In this document: one piece after another, positions 20,232 to 30,818 of the stretch | How positions within the stretch are numbered: the first letter of the stretch is position 1 | How the letters are laid out: each line of letters starts with the position of its first letter | DNA from: an uncultured SAR86 cluster bacterium | GTDB lineage: Bacteria; Pseudomonadota; Gammaproteobacteria; Magnimaribacterales; AG-339-G14 | DNA length: 64,000 nt | Direction: 5' to 3' | Assembly: GCA_902561325.1 (NCBI GenBank) | Contig: CACEOL010000005.1 | Span: 2,220 to 66,219 of the forward strand | The notes under the pieces: model-generated | Seen by the model: only the letters and a program-made list of their open reading frames with translations | Told to the model about the DNA's origin: nothing | Databases searched by the model: none | Translations under genes and position numbers: made by a program

Positions 20232-21152
20232 TTATCCGAGACTGGGGTCGATGATAGGTTCTATGTAATCAATTATGGGATTATCACTTTCAGAGGAAAT
20301 AAGTTCCCAAGAATCTGGAACTTCAATTAGTTTTCTTAATAGCAAGTTGTTTTGTGTATGCCCAGATTTATAACCCTCAAATTCTCCAATGAGATTGTGT
20401 TGTAATAAGTACAAGTCTCCAATTACATCCAAAATTTTATGTTTAACCAATTCGTCTTTGGATCGTAAGCCTTCTTCATTCAAAATTTCATTATCTTTAA
20501 TAGCGATAGCATTTTTTTGACTAGCACCTAAGGCAAGAGAATTCTTTTTTAATTCTTCAAATTCTTCCATAAAACCATAGGTTCTTGATCTGGCTATTTC
20601 TTTCAAATAAGTAGTTGAGTTAAAGTCAATTGTCGTAGTTCGAGAATGACCTTTGCGTGCTTCATCATCATAGACAAGAGAATGAGTTACTTTGAAACCA
20701 TCATAGGGTGATAATTTCGCGTAAGCACCATTATCTGTAGTTATTGAAATTTCTTTTTTAATTTTTATAAACTTTTTTGGTTTAGTTTGTTCTTTAATTC
20801 CTGCGGATTGAATCAAAAAGACAAAAGGACTGGCACTACCGTCCATAATTGGGACTTCACAATCATTTATCTCCACGGTGACATTGTCAATTCCTAGGCC
20901 AGCAAAGGCTGACATCATATGTTCCACAGTAGCAATCTCAATTTCGCCATCTTTTAATGTTGTTGCCATTGAAGTTGGCCCAACATTTTCAACTACCGCC
21001 TTTATTTCAACATTGGGCTCTAAATCAACTCTCTTAAATATTACTCCCTGATCTTCTTCGGCAGGAAGAAGATTTATAGTAATTTTTCTTCCTGAGTGAA
21101 GCCCAACACCAGTGGCTTTAATAGGATTTGTAAGTGTTCTTTGTACCAACAT
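20232..21152 (-). CDS. lpxC: UDP-3-O-acyl-GlcNAc deacetylase
   Basis: QRTL..GVGLHSG, TVEH, EVPIMDGSA, HKILDVIGD, KSGH. Confidence 0.95.
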   Translation of the reverse strand: MLVQRTLTNPIKATGVGLHSGRKITINLLPAEEDQGVIFKRVDLEPNVEIKAVVENVGPTSMATTLKDGEIEIATVEHMMSAFAGLGIDNVTVEINDCEVPIMDGSASPFVFLIQSAGIKEQTKPKKFIKIKKEISITTDNGAYAKLSPYDGFKVTHSLVYDDEARKGHSRTTTIDFNSTTYLKEIARSRTYGFMEEFEELKKNSLALGASQKNAIAIKDNEILNEEGLRSKDELVKHKILDVIGDLYLLQHNLIGEFEGYKSGHTQNNLLLRKLIEVPDSWELISSESDNPIIDYIEPIIDPSLG

Positions 21153-21856
21153 TACTTTTTAATTCTTTGTTTTCTGGCCTCAAATAGGATAACAGAACAA
21201 GCATTGGATACGTTAAGACTTTCTATTTTCTCGTTCATAGGAATTCTAATCATTTCATCTATATCTTTTTTCAGATTAGGCTTTATACCTTCGCCTTCGG
21301 AACCCATTATAATAGCCGTAGGCAAGTTATAGTCACATTCATAATAGCTTTTTTCAGCAGCTCCATCACAACCAAGAATATTGAAATTTAAAGTTTTAAG
21401 ATTTTTCAGTAGATACTTGATGTTGTTAACAATGACAAAAGGTACTATCTCCGAAGCGCCTTTAGAAACCTTTCTCACTGTTTCAGTAAGATGACATGCT
21501 CTATTTTTACTCACTACTACAGCATCTACATTAGCAGCTAAAGCACTTCTTAATATCGAACCTACATTTTGTGGGTCCATAACATGATCTAAAATAAGTA
21601 TTAGAGAATTCTTTTTTTGGCCAATCAATTTTTCTAAAAAATTAACGTCTTTAACTTGGGCCGGTTTAAAAGTGGCAGATAGTTTTTTATCTTTTTTAAA
21701 CAAGACAGGTATATCTTTTTGCTCTGCAAGAGAAATCAATTCCAAGATTTTTTTATTATTTTTATCTTTTGGAAAAGAAAGTTCTTCAATATTTTGAGGT
21801 AGGTTATCAAGCAAAGTTTTGATGAAGTTTTGATCAAGAGTTTCCAATTTTTTCAC
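21152..21856 (-). CDS. rlmB: 23S rRNA Gm2251 SPOUT methyltransferase
   Basis: LDHVMDPQNVGSILRSA, GSEGEG, IPM..ESLNVS; follows rnr. Confidence 0.88.
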   Translation of the reverse strand: MKKLETLDQNFIKTLLDNLPQNIEELSFPKDKNNKKILELISLAEQKDIPVLFKKDKKLSATFKPAQVKDVNFLEKLIGQKKNSLILILDHVMDPQNVGSILRSALAANVDAVVVSKNRACHLTETVRKVSKGASEIVPFVIVNNIKYLLKNLKTLNFNILGCDGAAEKSYYECDYNLPTAIIMGSEGEGIKPNLKKDIDEMIRIPMNEKIESLNVSNACSVILFEARKQRIKK

Positions 21857-21858
21857 GC

Positions 21859-23739
21859 CTAATTTATAACTTTTAAATCTATCCTTTTCCTAGAAGTTTC
21901 CACAGATTTTATTTTAATTTTAAATTTATCTCCCAACGCATAAACATTATTTTTGTTTGCTGACATAAGAGAATGCGTTCTAGCATCATGTACATAATAG
22001 GGTGATCTTTTAAGATTTTTTATATGACAAAATCCCTCAATATTCAGTCCTTCGATATGCATAAAAACTCCAAATTCTAATACCGATACAACTTCTCCAG
22101 TGAATTCCTTACCAATATGTTGTTCGGCACACTTACAACTTAAATATTTAGAAGATTCCCTTACGATTTTTTCTGCTTCTCTATCTTTTTCACTACAAAC
22201 TAAGGCAATTTCATCTATTTCATCTTGAGAATAGGAACTTTCTTTTTTTTCAATTATCGACTTAATAACTCTGTGCGTTACCAAGTCTGAGTACCTCCTT
22301 ATTGGAGAGGTAAAGTGACAATATTCATCAAGCCCTAGAGCAAAATGATTGCTTTCCTTTCCTGAATAAACTGCAAGCTTCATACTTCTTAAAATCTGAT
22401 AAATCAAAGAAAAGGATTTTTCTTTCTGATAAATTTCTTTCAGCCAATTGCTGAGTTTCTTTCTTGGATTGGATTCAGTCATGCCCTTACGAAGACCTCT
22501 GGCTTTTAGAAATTCTTTAAGTTTTTCCAATTCGTTGTAATCCGGATTATCGTGGTGTCGAAATGGGATAGGGGTTTTAAGTTTTTTAGTTAATTTAGCA
22601 GCACAAATATTTGCCAGAATCATAGATTCCTCTATAACTTCATTTGCCAATAGATGATTTATCGATTTGAACTTAATTATTTTGTTGTCTTTCCCAACAG
22701 GTCTGTATTCAGGAAGATAAAAATCTATTGCTTGTCTTTCTTCTCTTATTTTTCTTCTCAAACCATGTATTTTTTTTAGAGTACTTAAATTTGAGACAAT
22801 TTCATTAGAAATGGCGATTTGACCTTTTTGATAAAATTTTTCAACCTCATCATAGGTGAGACGATTTTTAGAGCAGATAACAGAATTGAAAAATTCAAAG
22901 GATTTTATTTCTCCCTCTCTATCGAGATAAATTTTACAAGTTAAAACCAATTTATCCTCGTTAGGCCTCAATGAACAAAGCTTATTTGATATAAGCTCTG
23001 GAAGCATAGGGATAACTTTCTTTTCAAAATATACCGAGGTTGCTCTGGAAAAAGCTTCTTTATCTAGCGTAGAACCTTCTTGTACATATTCGGAGACGTC
23101 TGCTATTGCTACGTATAAATAAAAGCCATCAGAACTTTCTTCAGCATACACAGCATCATCAAAATCCTTTGCATTGCTTCCGTCAATGGTAACAAAATTT
23201 AAGCTTCTTAAATCTTTTCTAGAGTCAATGTCATTTAATGAAATTTCTCTTTTAATTTTGTTGCATTCATTTACAACAGATTTAGACCATTCTGTAGATA
23301 GCTCAGTTCCATTAGTAGCAAAAATAAAAGCCTCTTCAAAAACATCATTGCTTTTTAAAGTTTTTATAGGCTTTGCTTTAGGCTTGTACTTTAAAGATGG
23401 TTGTGAGGTTATTTTTACTTCACAAATATCATTTGATTTGAAGTTCTTCAAATTCTTGCCTTCTAACAAGATATCAAGATGAAAACTTTTATCTAAACTG
23501 GTTAGATAAGTCTTGCCTTTATACTTCTTAATAATACCTGTGAGCTCAGTGGTATTTCGTTTTAAGACTTCCTTAATTTTTGCCTTTCTTCCATGCATTT
23601 TTTGACAAACAACTTCATCTCCTGGAAAAACTTTAAACATTTCTCTACTCGATAAAGATAGAAATTCTTCATCTGAATACTTAACTCTTCCTCTACCTGA
23701 TTTATTTAAAAATACTTTCGCTTTAAAATTTTCATTCAT
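21859..23739 (-). CDS. rnr: Ribonuclease R (RNB family, shortened)
   Basis: TIDGSNAKDFDDA, HFTSPIRRYSD, C-terminal S1 domain; adjacent to rlmB. Confidence 0.88.
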   Translation of the reverse strand: MNENFKAKVFLNKSGRGRVKYSDEEFLSLSSREMFKVFPGDEVVCQKMHGRKAKIKEVLKRNTTELTGIIKKYKGKTYLTSLDKSFHLDILLEGKNLKNFKSNDICEVKITSQPSLKYKPKAKPIKTLKSNDVFEEAFIFATNGTELSTEWSKSVVNECNKIKREISLNDIDSRKDLRSLNFVTIDGSNAKDFDDAVYAEESSDGFYLYVAIADVSEYVQEGSTLDKEAFSRATSVYFEKKVIPMLPELISNKLCSLRPNEDKLVLTCKIYLDREGEIKSFEFFNSVICSKNRLTYDEVEKFYQKGQIAISNEIVSNLSTLKKIHGLRRKIREERQAIDFYLPEYRPVGKDNKIIKFKSINHLLANEVIEESMILANICAAKLTKKLKTPIPFRHHDNPDYNELEKLKEFLKARGLRKGMTESNPRKKLSNWLKEIYQKEKSFSLIYQILRSMKLAVYSGKESNHFALGLDEYCHFTSPIRRYSDLVTHRVIKSIIEKKESSYSQDEIDEIALVCSEKDREAEKIVRESSKYLSCKCAEQHIGKEFTGEVVSVLEFGVFMHIEGLNIEGFCHIKNLKRSPYYVHDARTHSLMSANKNNVYALGDKFKIKIKSVETSRKRIDLKVIN

Positions 23740-23809
23740 TCATTTAATTATACTGCCCTTGATAATCTATAAAGCGATTTAATTTTTTAATGTATATTTA
23801 TAGAAATAT

Positions 23810-24286
23810 ATGACTACTCCAGACTTAAGCGATAAGTATCCTCACGTAGATTTTTTGAATTTACAGTTTACAAACTTTGGTAAAAAAGGTTTTTTTTCAG
23901 GAAAAATTGAAACTGCAATTTGCCCAAACGATAATTCAAAAGTTAAGCAAATTCTTAGCGAAGAGGGCGATGGAAAAATTTTGATTGTAGATGGCCAAGG
24001 AAGTTCTAAGGTTGCTTTAATGGGTGACATGATTGCAGAGTCTGCGGAAAAGAATAATTGGCAAGCTGTCATCATAAATGGCTGCGTCAGGGACGTAGAA
24101 GCATTGTCTAGTTTCAAGCTTGGAATATTTGCATTAGGCTCGGTTCCTAAAAAAAGTGAAAAAAAGAATCAAGGCGAAATAGGAATCAACATTAATTTTG
24201 GAGGCATTTCAATTGAATCTGGAAATTGGGCTTATGCTGATGAAAGCGGGATATTAATTTCTAAAGAACAGTTAGATTTAGATTAG
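23810..24286 (+). CDS. rraA: RraA family protein (RNase E regulator / HMG aldolase-like)
   Basis: TPDLSD, DNS, LIVDGQGS, ALMGD, GCVRD, YADESG. Confidence 0.88.
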   Translation: MTTPDLSDKYPHVDFLNLQFTNFGKKGFFSGKIETAICPNDNSKVKQILSEEGDGKILIVDGQGSSKVALMGDMIAESAEKNNWQAVIINGCVRDVEALSSFKLGIFALGSVPKKSEKKNQGEIGININFGGISIESGNWAYADESGILISKEQLDLD

Positions 24287-26718
24287 ATTTTTAGCTCTTC
24301 TGTAATTGAAATATCTTTTACAGAGGTCCCTACATGGATGACGTAATCCCCTTTAGCAATTTCCCATTTAGATTTTTTCACATCCCATTCTGAGATATCT
24401 CTTTTAGAAACTTTTAAATTCAATTCTTTAGATTTGTCTTTCGCAATTTTTAACTTTTTAAAATCTACAAGTTTTTTTGCAGGTATTTCAGCGTTTACTT
24501 TTTTTCTTTCTAGATAGCATTGCACAGTTTCAAATGTAGAAAAGTCGCCTATATTTTTAAGTTTCACTTTAATTTTGATTTCGTGTTTCTTCTTCAAAAT
24601 AGAAACCTTCTTTAATTTAAATTTTGAGTAAGATAAACCATGACCGAAAGGGAAAAGAGGTTCAATTTTCTTCTTTTCGTACCATTTATAACCAACCAAT
24701 AATTTTTCTTTGTAGTCCATTTGGAGGTCTTTACCTGGATAACAAGAATATGCTGGCGTATCAGATAGTTTTTTGGGATAAGTTGTAGGTAATTTACCAC
24801 TTGGACTTTCTTTACCAAATAATATTTCTGCTAAAGCATTTCCAAATTCTTGTCCTGGAAACCAAGTTTGTAAAATTGCTGGACAAGATTTTATCCAAGG
24901 CATGCTTACAGGAGAACCGGTATTTATTACTAAAACTATATTTTTATTTGCAGCTAAAATCTTTTTGATAAGATTATCCTGTTCGCCTGGAAGGCTTAAA
25001 CTTTTTCTATCATTGCCTTCAGTTTCCCAATCTGAATTTGTACCTACAACGAGAACTACAGCATCAGACTGTTTTGCTATTTTTACTGCTTCTTCGAGCA
25101 AATTTTTTGGGTCAGGAGGTCTGCAGCCAAATTGTATGGCAGGAAATCTCCCTTCAAATTCATACTCAACCTCAACCAGATATTCTCTTCCCTTAGAAAG
25201 TTTTATTTTGTTTCTCTTGGGAGCACATGCAAAACCAAAAAAAGCTTCTCCTTTTTTTTGAGATGACCAGTTATCAACTAACTCCTTTCCGTCGATTTTA
25301 ATTCTGGACAAGCCAATACTAAAAATCTCAAATTCAAATTCTCCGGAAATTGATGGCTTATAAATAGTAGAAAATTTAACAGACAATTCAGGTCTCTCTT
25401 TTTCATCTAAAAACTCTCTTGCAAATCCTTGCAATGCCCAAAATCTGTTTCCATTTAAAATTTGTCTTGCTATTGGCACTCCTTCAAAATTTTTTCCTCG
25501 GAAAAACTCTACTTCAAATCCATTTTCTTTTCTTCCTGGAATGTAAGAGCTTTCTTTTTCTAAAGCAGGCAGATACTTATCAACATGACAGCCTTTTGCA
25601 TAATTAATTTTAACTTTTTCCTCGTTTAAGAAATTTGAAATTCCTTCCAAAGGATGAATCTCATAATGAGGTTTCAAACCCGCACTTCCTCCACCGATTA
25701 TTTGACTATCTTTAACATTTGGACCGATTAGAGCAATTTTGGAAATTTTTGTTTTATCAAAAGGTAGGATTTTTTCATTCTTTAAAAGGACCATGCCTTC
25801 GGTAGCAGTTTTTTTAATAAGTTCGCGATGAGACTTTTTATCAATACTTTTCTCTGCAACTCTTTTTTTGTTGAATCTATTTGTAAACTTTGCAACGTTA
25901 AGAATTCTCTTTACTTTTTCATCAATCTTTTCTTCTTCAACAAACCCATCTTTAACTGCTTCGACAAGTTTTTCCCCCCAAGTCTTAGCTGGTCCAGGCA
26001 TTTCTAAATCTAGACCACCATTGGCATTTTCCACTGTTTCTAATGCAGCTCCCCAGTCACTTACAACATAGCCATTAAATTTCCATTCTTTTTTTAAAAT
26101 TTGATTTATTAATTCATCGTGAGAACTGCAATAAATGTTATTTACTTTGTTATAGGCTGACATAACGACTTTAGCTTTTGCTTTTTTTATGCCCATTTCA
26201 AAAGGGTACAAATAAAGCTCTCTTAATGTTTTTTCATCTATGTTGGAACTAACCATGTGCCTTTCAAATTCAGTATCGTTTCCGGCAAAATGTTTTAAAC
26301 AAGCAGCAACTCCTTTACTTTGAACTCCAGAAACATAAGAACAAGCAATTTTTGAAGTTAGAACGGGATCTTCTGAATAACATTCAAAATGACGACCTCC
26401 AAGTGGGTGGCGATGTAAATTTATAGTAGGGGCAAGAAGAACATCAACATCTTTAAAAAGGGCTTCCTCACCTGTGGCTGAGCCGATTTTTTTAATTAAT
26501 TTTTCATTCCAAGTAGCTCCCAAAAGAATAGGGCTAGGAAAACAAGCTGAAGTTTGAGGAGAACTCGAGTCTCCTCTTACCCCATTTGGCCCATCAGACA
26601 TTTTAATTTTTGGTATTCCATGTTTTTTAATATCTGGGGTATGCCAGTTATCAAAACCTGATAACAAAGAAACTTTCTCCTCAAGAGATAAGTTGGAAAT
26701 TATTTTTTTTAATTTCAT
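24283..26718 (-). CDS. GH3 beta-glucosidase with PA14-like insert and Fn3 domain
   Basis: SDGPNGVRG, GGRHFECYSEDP, KHF, SDWG, DLEMPG, FPFGHGLSY; no signal peptide. Confidence 0.92.
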   Translation of the reverse strand: MKLKKIISNLSLEEKVSLLSGFDNWHTPDIKKHGIPKIKMSDGPNGVRGDSSSPQTSACFPSPILLGATWNEKLIKKIGSATGEEALFKDVDVLLAPTINLHRHPLGGRHFECYSEDPVLTSKIACSYVSGVQSKGVAACLKHFAGNDTEFERHMVSSNIDEKTLRELYLYPFEMGIKKAKAKVVMSAYNKVNNIYCSSHDELINQILKKEWKFNGYVVSDWGAALETVENANGGLDLEMPGPAKTWGEKLVEAVKDGFVEEEKIDEKVKRILNVAKFTNRFNKKRVAEKSIDKKSHRELIKKTATEGMVLLKNEKILPFDKTKISKIALIGPNVKDSQIIGGGSAGLKPHYEIHPLEGISNFLNEEKVKINYAKGCHVDKYLPALEKESSYIPGRKENGFEVEFFRGKNFEGVPIARQILNGNRFWALQGFAREFLDEKERPELSVKFSTIYKPSISGEFEFEIFSIGLSRIKIDGKELVDNWSSQKKGEAFFGFACAPKRNKIKLSKGREYLVEVEYEFEGRFPAIQFGCRPPDPKNLLEEAVKIAKQSDAVVLVVGTNSDWETEGNDRKSLSLPGEQDNLIKKILAANKNIVLVINTGSPVSMPWIKSCPAILQTWFPGQEFGNALAEILFGKESPSGKLPTTYPKKLSDTPAYSCYPGKDLQMDYKEKLLVGYKWYEKKKIEPLFPFGHGLSYSKFKLKKVSILKKKHEIKIKVKLKNIGDFSTFETVQCYLERKKVNAEIPAKKLVDFKKLKIAKDKSKELNLKVSKRDISEWDVKKSKWEIAKGDYVIHVGTSVKDISITEELKI

Positions 26719-26753
26719 AACAGAGTTGAGAGTATACTTTGTAAAAACATTTT

Positions 26754-27119
26754 TTGAGAATGCCTTTTTTTATTGTTTTATTTTTTTACATCACAATTTC
26801 TATCTATCAAATCAGTGCAGTTGCTGATGCTTTAAAACTTATCTTCATGGTTGAAAGTACTTTTTTGGAAGGCATTTTATTTATCATTTCTCTTTTTCTG
26901 ACATTTACTCCTTTTCTAGGTCCAATTCTTGGAATAATTGGAGCTACTTTTGTTTGGGAGTGGAATATTTTATTTTCCGCACTATTGTTTTTTTGGCCCT
27001 ATCTATTAGGGTTTATATTTTTCTCCTTGAGAAAAAAAAGCCTTAGAAGCCATAACTCTAATAGTCGAAATTCAGATATAGAAGATGCCGAGATAATTGA
27101 GGAAGATAAATTTAAATAA
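26754..27119 (+). CDS. Hypothetical membrane protein
   Basis: Several hydrophobic helices; acidic C-terminal DIEDAEIIEE. Confidence 0.65.
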   Translation: MRMPFFIVLFFYITISIYQISAVADALKLIFMVESTFLEGILFIISLFLTFTPFLGPILGIIGATFVWEWNILFSALLFFWPYLLGFIFFSLRKKSLRSHNSNSRNSDIEDAEIIEEDKFK

Positions 27120-27121
27120 AT

Positions 27122-28366
27122 TTAAATATCTCTTATAAAGTCATACACTGCATTTGCACAACCTATAGGATTTTCAATCACATTAAAATGAGCTGATTTT
27201 GGAATAAGAGCAAAAGAATGAAATCTAGCTGAAGGCAAAATTTTTAATTTTGAATATTCATCCCTATACTCAATAAACTGCTCTTTCTTTTTTTCTGGAT
27301 TTTGGCCACTACAGTTTGGATAAATATCTTCAACTTCATTTCTAAATAGATTGTAGATTCCAAAATATGGTTGATCCGACATTAATTTTCCGTATTTTCC
27401 TATTTTGAATTCGTCTTCTCCTTGAAATTGCATTATTTTGACATTAGTGTTTTTTAGTTTCGCTCTATTAATAATCTCCTTACTCATGTCAGTTTGAAGC
27501 ATAGTTTGTCTCATCTTTAAAAGATATTTTTTTGAGGGGATGTTAGCTTTATAAACTAAATGTGTTACTCGATCATATTCTTCACTCCCTTTTTTAGCAC
27601 CTTTTAAATGCTCGGAAATTTCAGTTATAGATTGGGGAAATTTCAAAAAGAAACACAAGAAAAAAAGAAATCTAACTTGATGAGGAAATGGAAAATATCT
27701 ATGAGGAGGACCTACGCAAATCGCTGGTGCCAATTCTGCCCATTCTTCTTTATAAAAATCCCAAACTTGAGCACCCCTACTAAAGCTATTAAAAATTTCA
27801 GAATTTGAAACCAAAAGATACTCAAAAACTACCACCCCTCTGTCATGCCCTACAAAATGTGCCTTTTTAAGATTTAACTTTTTAAAAATCTTTAAAGCCA
27901 CTTTGGCTTGAGCTTCGTGACTAAATTTGGGGTCAACTTTTATTTTTTTTAAATTTACTTCTCTATCAAAAGGAAATAATTGTCCATTGAACTCAGCAAA
28001 TATGTTTTCAGCTGGATTAATTTTTGAATACTCTTCATAAAAAGGTAATTGAAATATATAAATCAAAAGCTCTTTATCTTTTTTGCATAGTTCAGCTGCC
28101 ATCCAATACATGGATTCACTGGGATTCGTAGGAAACCCTCCCATCATTACAATTGTATTCTCTTCAGAAGCATGAGGATTACCACACTTTGAGACAAGAT
28201 GTTCGTAGCCCTCAATAGAAACATACATGTGGGATATTTTAATTCCCTGAGGATCAGAAGTTTGCCCACTTTCCCTATAAAAACAAATCAACGTAATTAA
28301 GACTTTTTCAAAAAAAAGGAGGATTTTTACGAAAAAAATAAATATTACTTCAACGAAATATTTCAT
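27122..28366 (-). CDS. Divergent alpha/beta hydrolase with Asp nucleophile
   Basis: GGFP oxyanion-like motif, VGHDRG, SAHF; start corrected to ATG 28366 because the longer ORF runs through tRNA-Thr. Confidence 0.7.
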   Translation of the reverse strand: MKYFVEVIFIFFVKILLFFEKVLITLICFYRESGQTSDPQGIKISHMYVSIEGYEHLVSKCGNPHASEENTIVMMGGFPTNPSESMYWMAAELCKKDKELLIYIFQLPFYEEYSKINPAENIFAEFNGQLFPFDREVNLKKIKVDPKFSHEAQAKVALKIFKKLNLKKAHFVGHDRGVVVFEYLLVSNSEIFNSFSRGAQVWDFYKEEWAELAPAICVGPPHRYFPFPHQVRFLFFLCFFLKFPQSITEISEHLKGAKKGSEEYDRVTHLVYKANIPSKKYLLKMRQTMLQTDMSKEIINRAKLKNTNVKIMQFQGEDEFKIGKYGKLMSDQPYFGIYNLFRNEVEDIYPNCSGQNPEKKKEQFIEYRDEYSKLKILPSARFHSFALIPKSAHFNVIENPIGCANAVYDFIRDI

Positions 28367-28374
28367 CAAAAAGA

Positions 28375-28450
28375 TGGAGCTGGCGATTGGATTTGAACCA
28401 ACGACCGCCTGATTACAAATCAGGAGCTCTACCAACTGAGCTACGCCAGC
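28375..28450 (-). tRNA. tRNA-Thr (TGT)
   Basis: Reverse complement GCTGGCG/CGCCAGC stem, anticodon loop TT-TGT-AA, CCA end. Confidence 0.95.
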
Positions 28451-28501
28451 TAATTACAAATTAGATGAAGATAATATATTAATTAAAAAATAAAATGCAG
28501 A

Positions 28502-29290
28502 TTAATTTATATTTATTGAAACTTCCCCAGAAGATATTTTCTTAATTTTGTTACCTATTCTCACATTAAGAGAACCATCCGAATTAATATCCAAAACAGT
28601 TCCTTGTTTATTAATTGAATTAGAGAGAAAGACTTTTTTATCCTTCAAAAAATTCAATTTATTAAAATCTTTTACAAAGTTATCAAAACCTTTTTTTTCA
28701 AACTTGGATTTCAATAATATAACTTCGTTTGCTATGTCGGATATTATTTCATTCCTGTCCAAAACAATATTTTCTAGTTCCAATATTATAGATGTCCAAT
28801 CTCTATCAATTTCTATATTGTTTTCCATAAAAACATTTAAGCCAATTCCTACAATAATTAAGTTTTCTGCATCTCTTGTTAGAGTTTCTATCAAGATTCC
28901 TCCAATTTTCTTTTTATTCAAGTAAATATCATTAGGCCATTTAATTTCCGTAAAAATATTTTGCTTCAAAAGAACATTGTGAACTGCTAGAGCTGATACC
29001 AAACTGAATGAGCTAAAATTTTTTAACTCATGATTGGTAGAAAAGCTTATAGACATATAAATATTTTCATACTTAGGACTCTGCCATTTTTTTAAATTTC
29101 TTCCTCTTCCTTTTGTTTGGCTCTCTGATAAACAAAGGCAGTATTCATTTGGATTTGCAAACTCAATAAGGTAATCATTAGTCGATTCTAGTTCTTCAAA
29201 AATTGATAATTGCCACTCAAAATTGGAGTTTTTTTTAAGAAAGTGGCGGATTTTTTCTTCTTTTAAAGTATTTTGTTTGACATCTTCCAT
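28502..29290 (-). CDS. birA: Biotin-protein ligase without N-terminal HTH
   Basis: ESTND, QTKGRGR, IKWPND, KKIGGIL, GIGLN, SGEVS. Confidence 0.92.
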   Translation of the reverse strand: MEDVKQNTLKEEKIRHFLKKNSNFEWQLSIFEELESTNDYLIEFANPNEYCLCLSESQTKGRGRNLKKWQSPKYENIYMSISFSTNHELKNFSSFSLVSALAVHNVLLKQNIFTEIKWPNDIYLNKKKIGGILIETLTRDAENLIIVGIGLNVFMENNIEIDRDWTSIILELENIVLDRNEIISDIANEVILLKSKFEKKGFDNFVKDFNKLNFLKDKKVFLSNSINKQGTVLDINSDGSLNVRIGNKIKKISSGEVSININ

Positions 29291-29305
29291 ATGTACTCAG
29301 AGAAT
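29277..29305 (+). promoter_or_regulatory. Putative promoter for tRNA-Tyr, partly inside the birA start
   Basis: TTGACA (29277-82), 17 bp, GAGAAT (29300-05). Confidence 0.5.
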
Positions 29306-29318
29306 ACACAACTCTATA

Positions 29319-29402
29319 GGAGGGGTTGGGGAGCGGTCAAACCCATCTGACTGTAAATCAGACGCTTCGGCTTCGCAGGTTCGAATCCTGCCCCCTCCAC
29401 CA
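29319..29402 (+). tRNA. tRNA-Tyr (GTA)
   Basis: GGAGGGG/CCCCTCC stem, anticodon loop CT-GTA-AA, long variable arm, CCA. Confidence 0.96.
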
Positions 29403-29516
29403 AAAGTGTTGCAATTAAAGCAAAATTTAAGTATAAAGCCGTTCGGAGCAACGGGTGTTGAGGGTTATTTTTTTTTCTACTTTTCTTATACCGTCTCCTG
29501 CATTATTAAAGGAAAT

Positions 29517-29592
<76 letters not shown>

Positions 29593-29624
29593 TTAAATAA
29601 AAGTTTTTTAGAGAGGAATAAAAA

Positions 29625-30818
29625 ATGGCTAAAGAAAAATTTGAGAGAACCAAACCGCATTTAAATGTGGGAACTATAGGTCATGTAGATCATGGTAAAA
29701 CAACTCTAACTGCCGCTTTAACAAAAGTGTGTGCCGAAGCTCAAGGTACTGGTGAAGCAGTAGCTTTTGATGGTATCGATAATGCCCCTGAAGAAAAGGA
29801 AAGAGGAATTACGATTGCGACTTCTCATGTGGAGTATGATTCTGCTGCAAGACATTATGCTCATGTAGATTGTCCAGGCCATGCTGACTATATTAAGAAT
29901 ATGATAACAGGAGCTGCGCAAATGGACGGAGCTATTCTTGTAGTAAATTGTGCAGATGGCCCAATGCCTCAAACAAGGGAGCATATTCTTCTTGCCAGAC
30001 AAGTGGGTGTTCCATACATTGTGGTATATCTAAATAAGGCTGACCAAGTTGATGATGCAGAACTTATCGATCTCGTTGAAGTTGAGGTCAGAGACTTATT
30101 GAACGAATACGAATTTCCTGGTGATGAAACTCCTATAATTATAGGTTCAGCTCTTAAAGCTCTTGAAGGTGATGACTCAGAACATGGTATTCAATCTGTG
30201 CAAAAACTTGTTGAAGCTCTAGATTCTTATATTCCAGAGCCAACCAGAGAAACTGATAAACCTTTCCTAATGCCAATTGAAGATATTTTTTCGATTCAAG
30301 GAAGAGGAACTGTTGTCACAGGAAGAATTGAAAGGGGAGAAGTCAAGGTTAATGACGAAATGGAAATAGTTGGTATCAGAGATACTGAGAAAACTGTTTG
30401 CACAGGAGTAGAAATGTTTAGAAAGCTTTTGGATGAAGGAAAAGCTGGAGAAAACGTAGGAGTGCTTTTAAGAGGCACAAAAAGAGAAGATGTGGAAAGA
30501 GGACAAGTTCTTTCTGCGCCTGGCTCAATTACTCCTCATACCAAATTTGAAGCTCAAGTATATGTTCTAAGTAAAGAAGAGGGAGGTAGACATACTCCTT
30601 TCTTTAAAGGGTACAGACCTCAATTTTATGTACGAACTACTGACGTAACCGGTGAAGTGACTCTTCCTGATGGCGTAGAAATGGTAATGCCTGGAGATGA
30701 TGTTGCGGTAACTGTAGAGCTTATTTCTCCAGTAGCAATGGAAGATGGTATGAAGTTTGCTATCCGTGAAGGTGGTAGAACTGTTGGTGCCGGAGTAGTT
30801 TCTAAAATTATTCAATAG
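29625..30818 (+). CDS. tuf: Elongation factor Tu
   Basis: [31 protein letters not shown]. Confidence 0.99.
   Translation: MAKEKFERTKPHLNVGTIGHVDHGKTTLTAALTKVCAEAQGTGEAVAFDGIDNAPEEKERGITIATSHVEYDSAARHYAHVDCPGHADYIKNMITGAAQMDGAILVVNCADGPMPQTREHILLARQVGVPYIVVYLNKADQVDDAELIDLVEVEVRDLLNEYEFPGDETPIIIGSALKALEGDDSEHGIQSVQKLVEALDSYIPEPTRETDKPFLMPIEDIFSIQGRGTVVTGRIERGEVKVNDEMEIVGIRDTEKTVCTGVEMFRKLLDEGKAGENVGVLLRGTKREDVERGQVLSAPGSITPHTKFEAQVYVLSKEEGGRHTPFFKGYRPQFYVRTTDVTGEVTLPDGVEMVMPGDDVAVTVELISPVAMEDGMKFAIREGGRTVGAGVVSKIIQ

Noticed and set aside
28367-28435. N-terminal extension of the 437-aa ORF
   Set aside because: It is the tRNA-Thr(TGT) sequence read in frame; ATG 28366 is the better start
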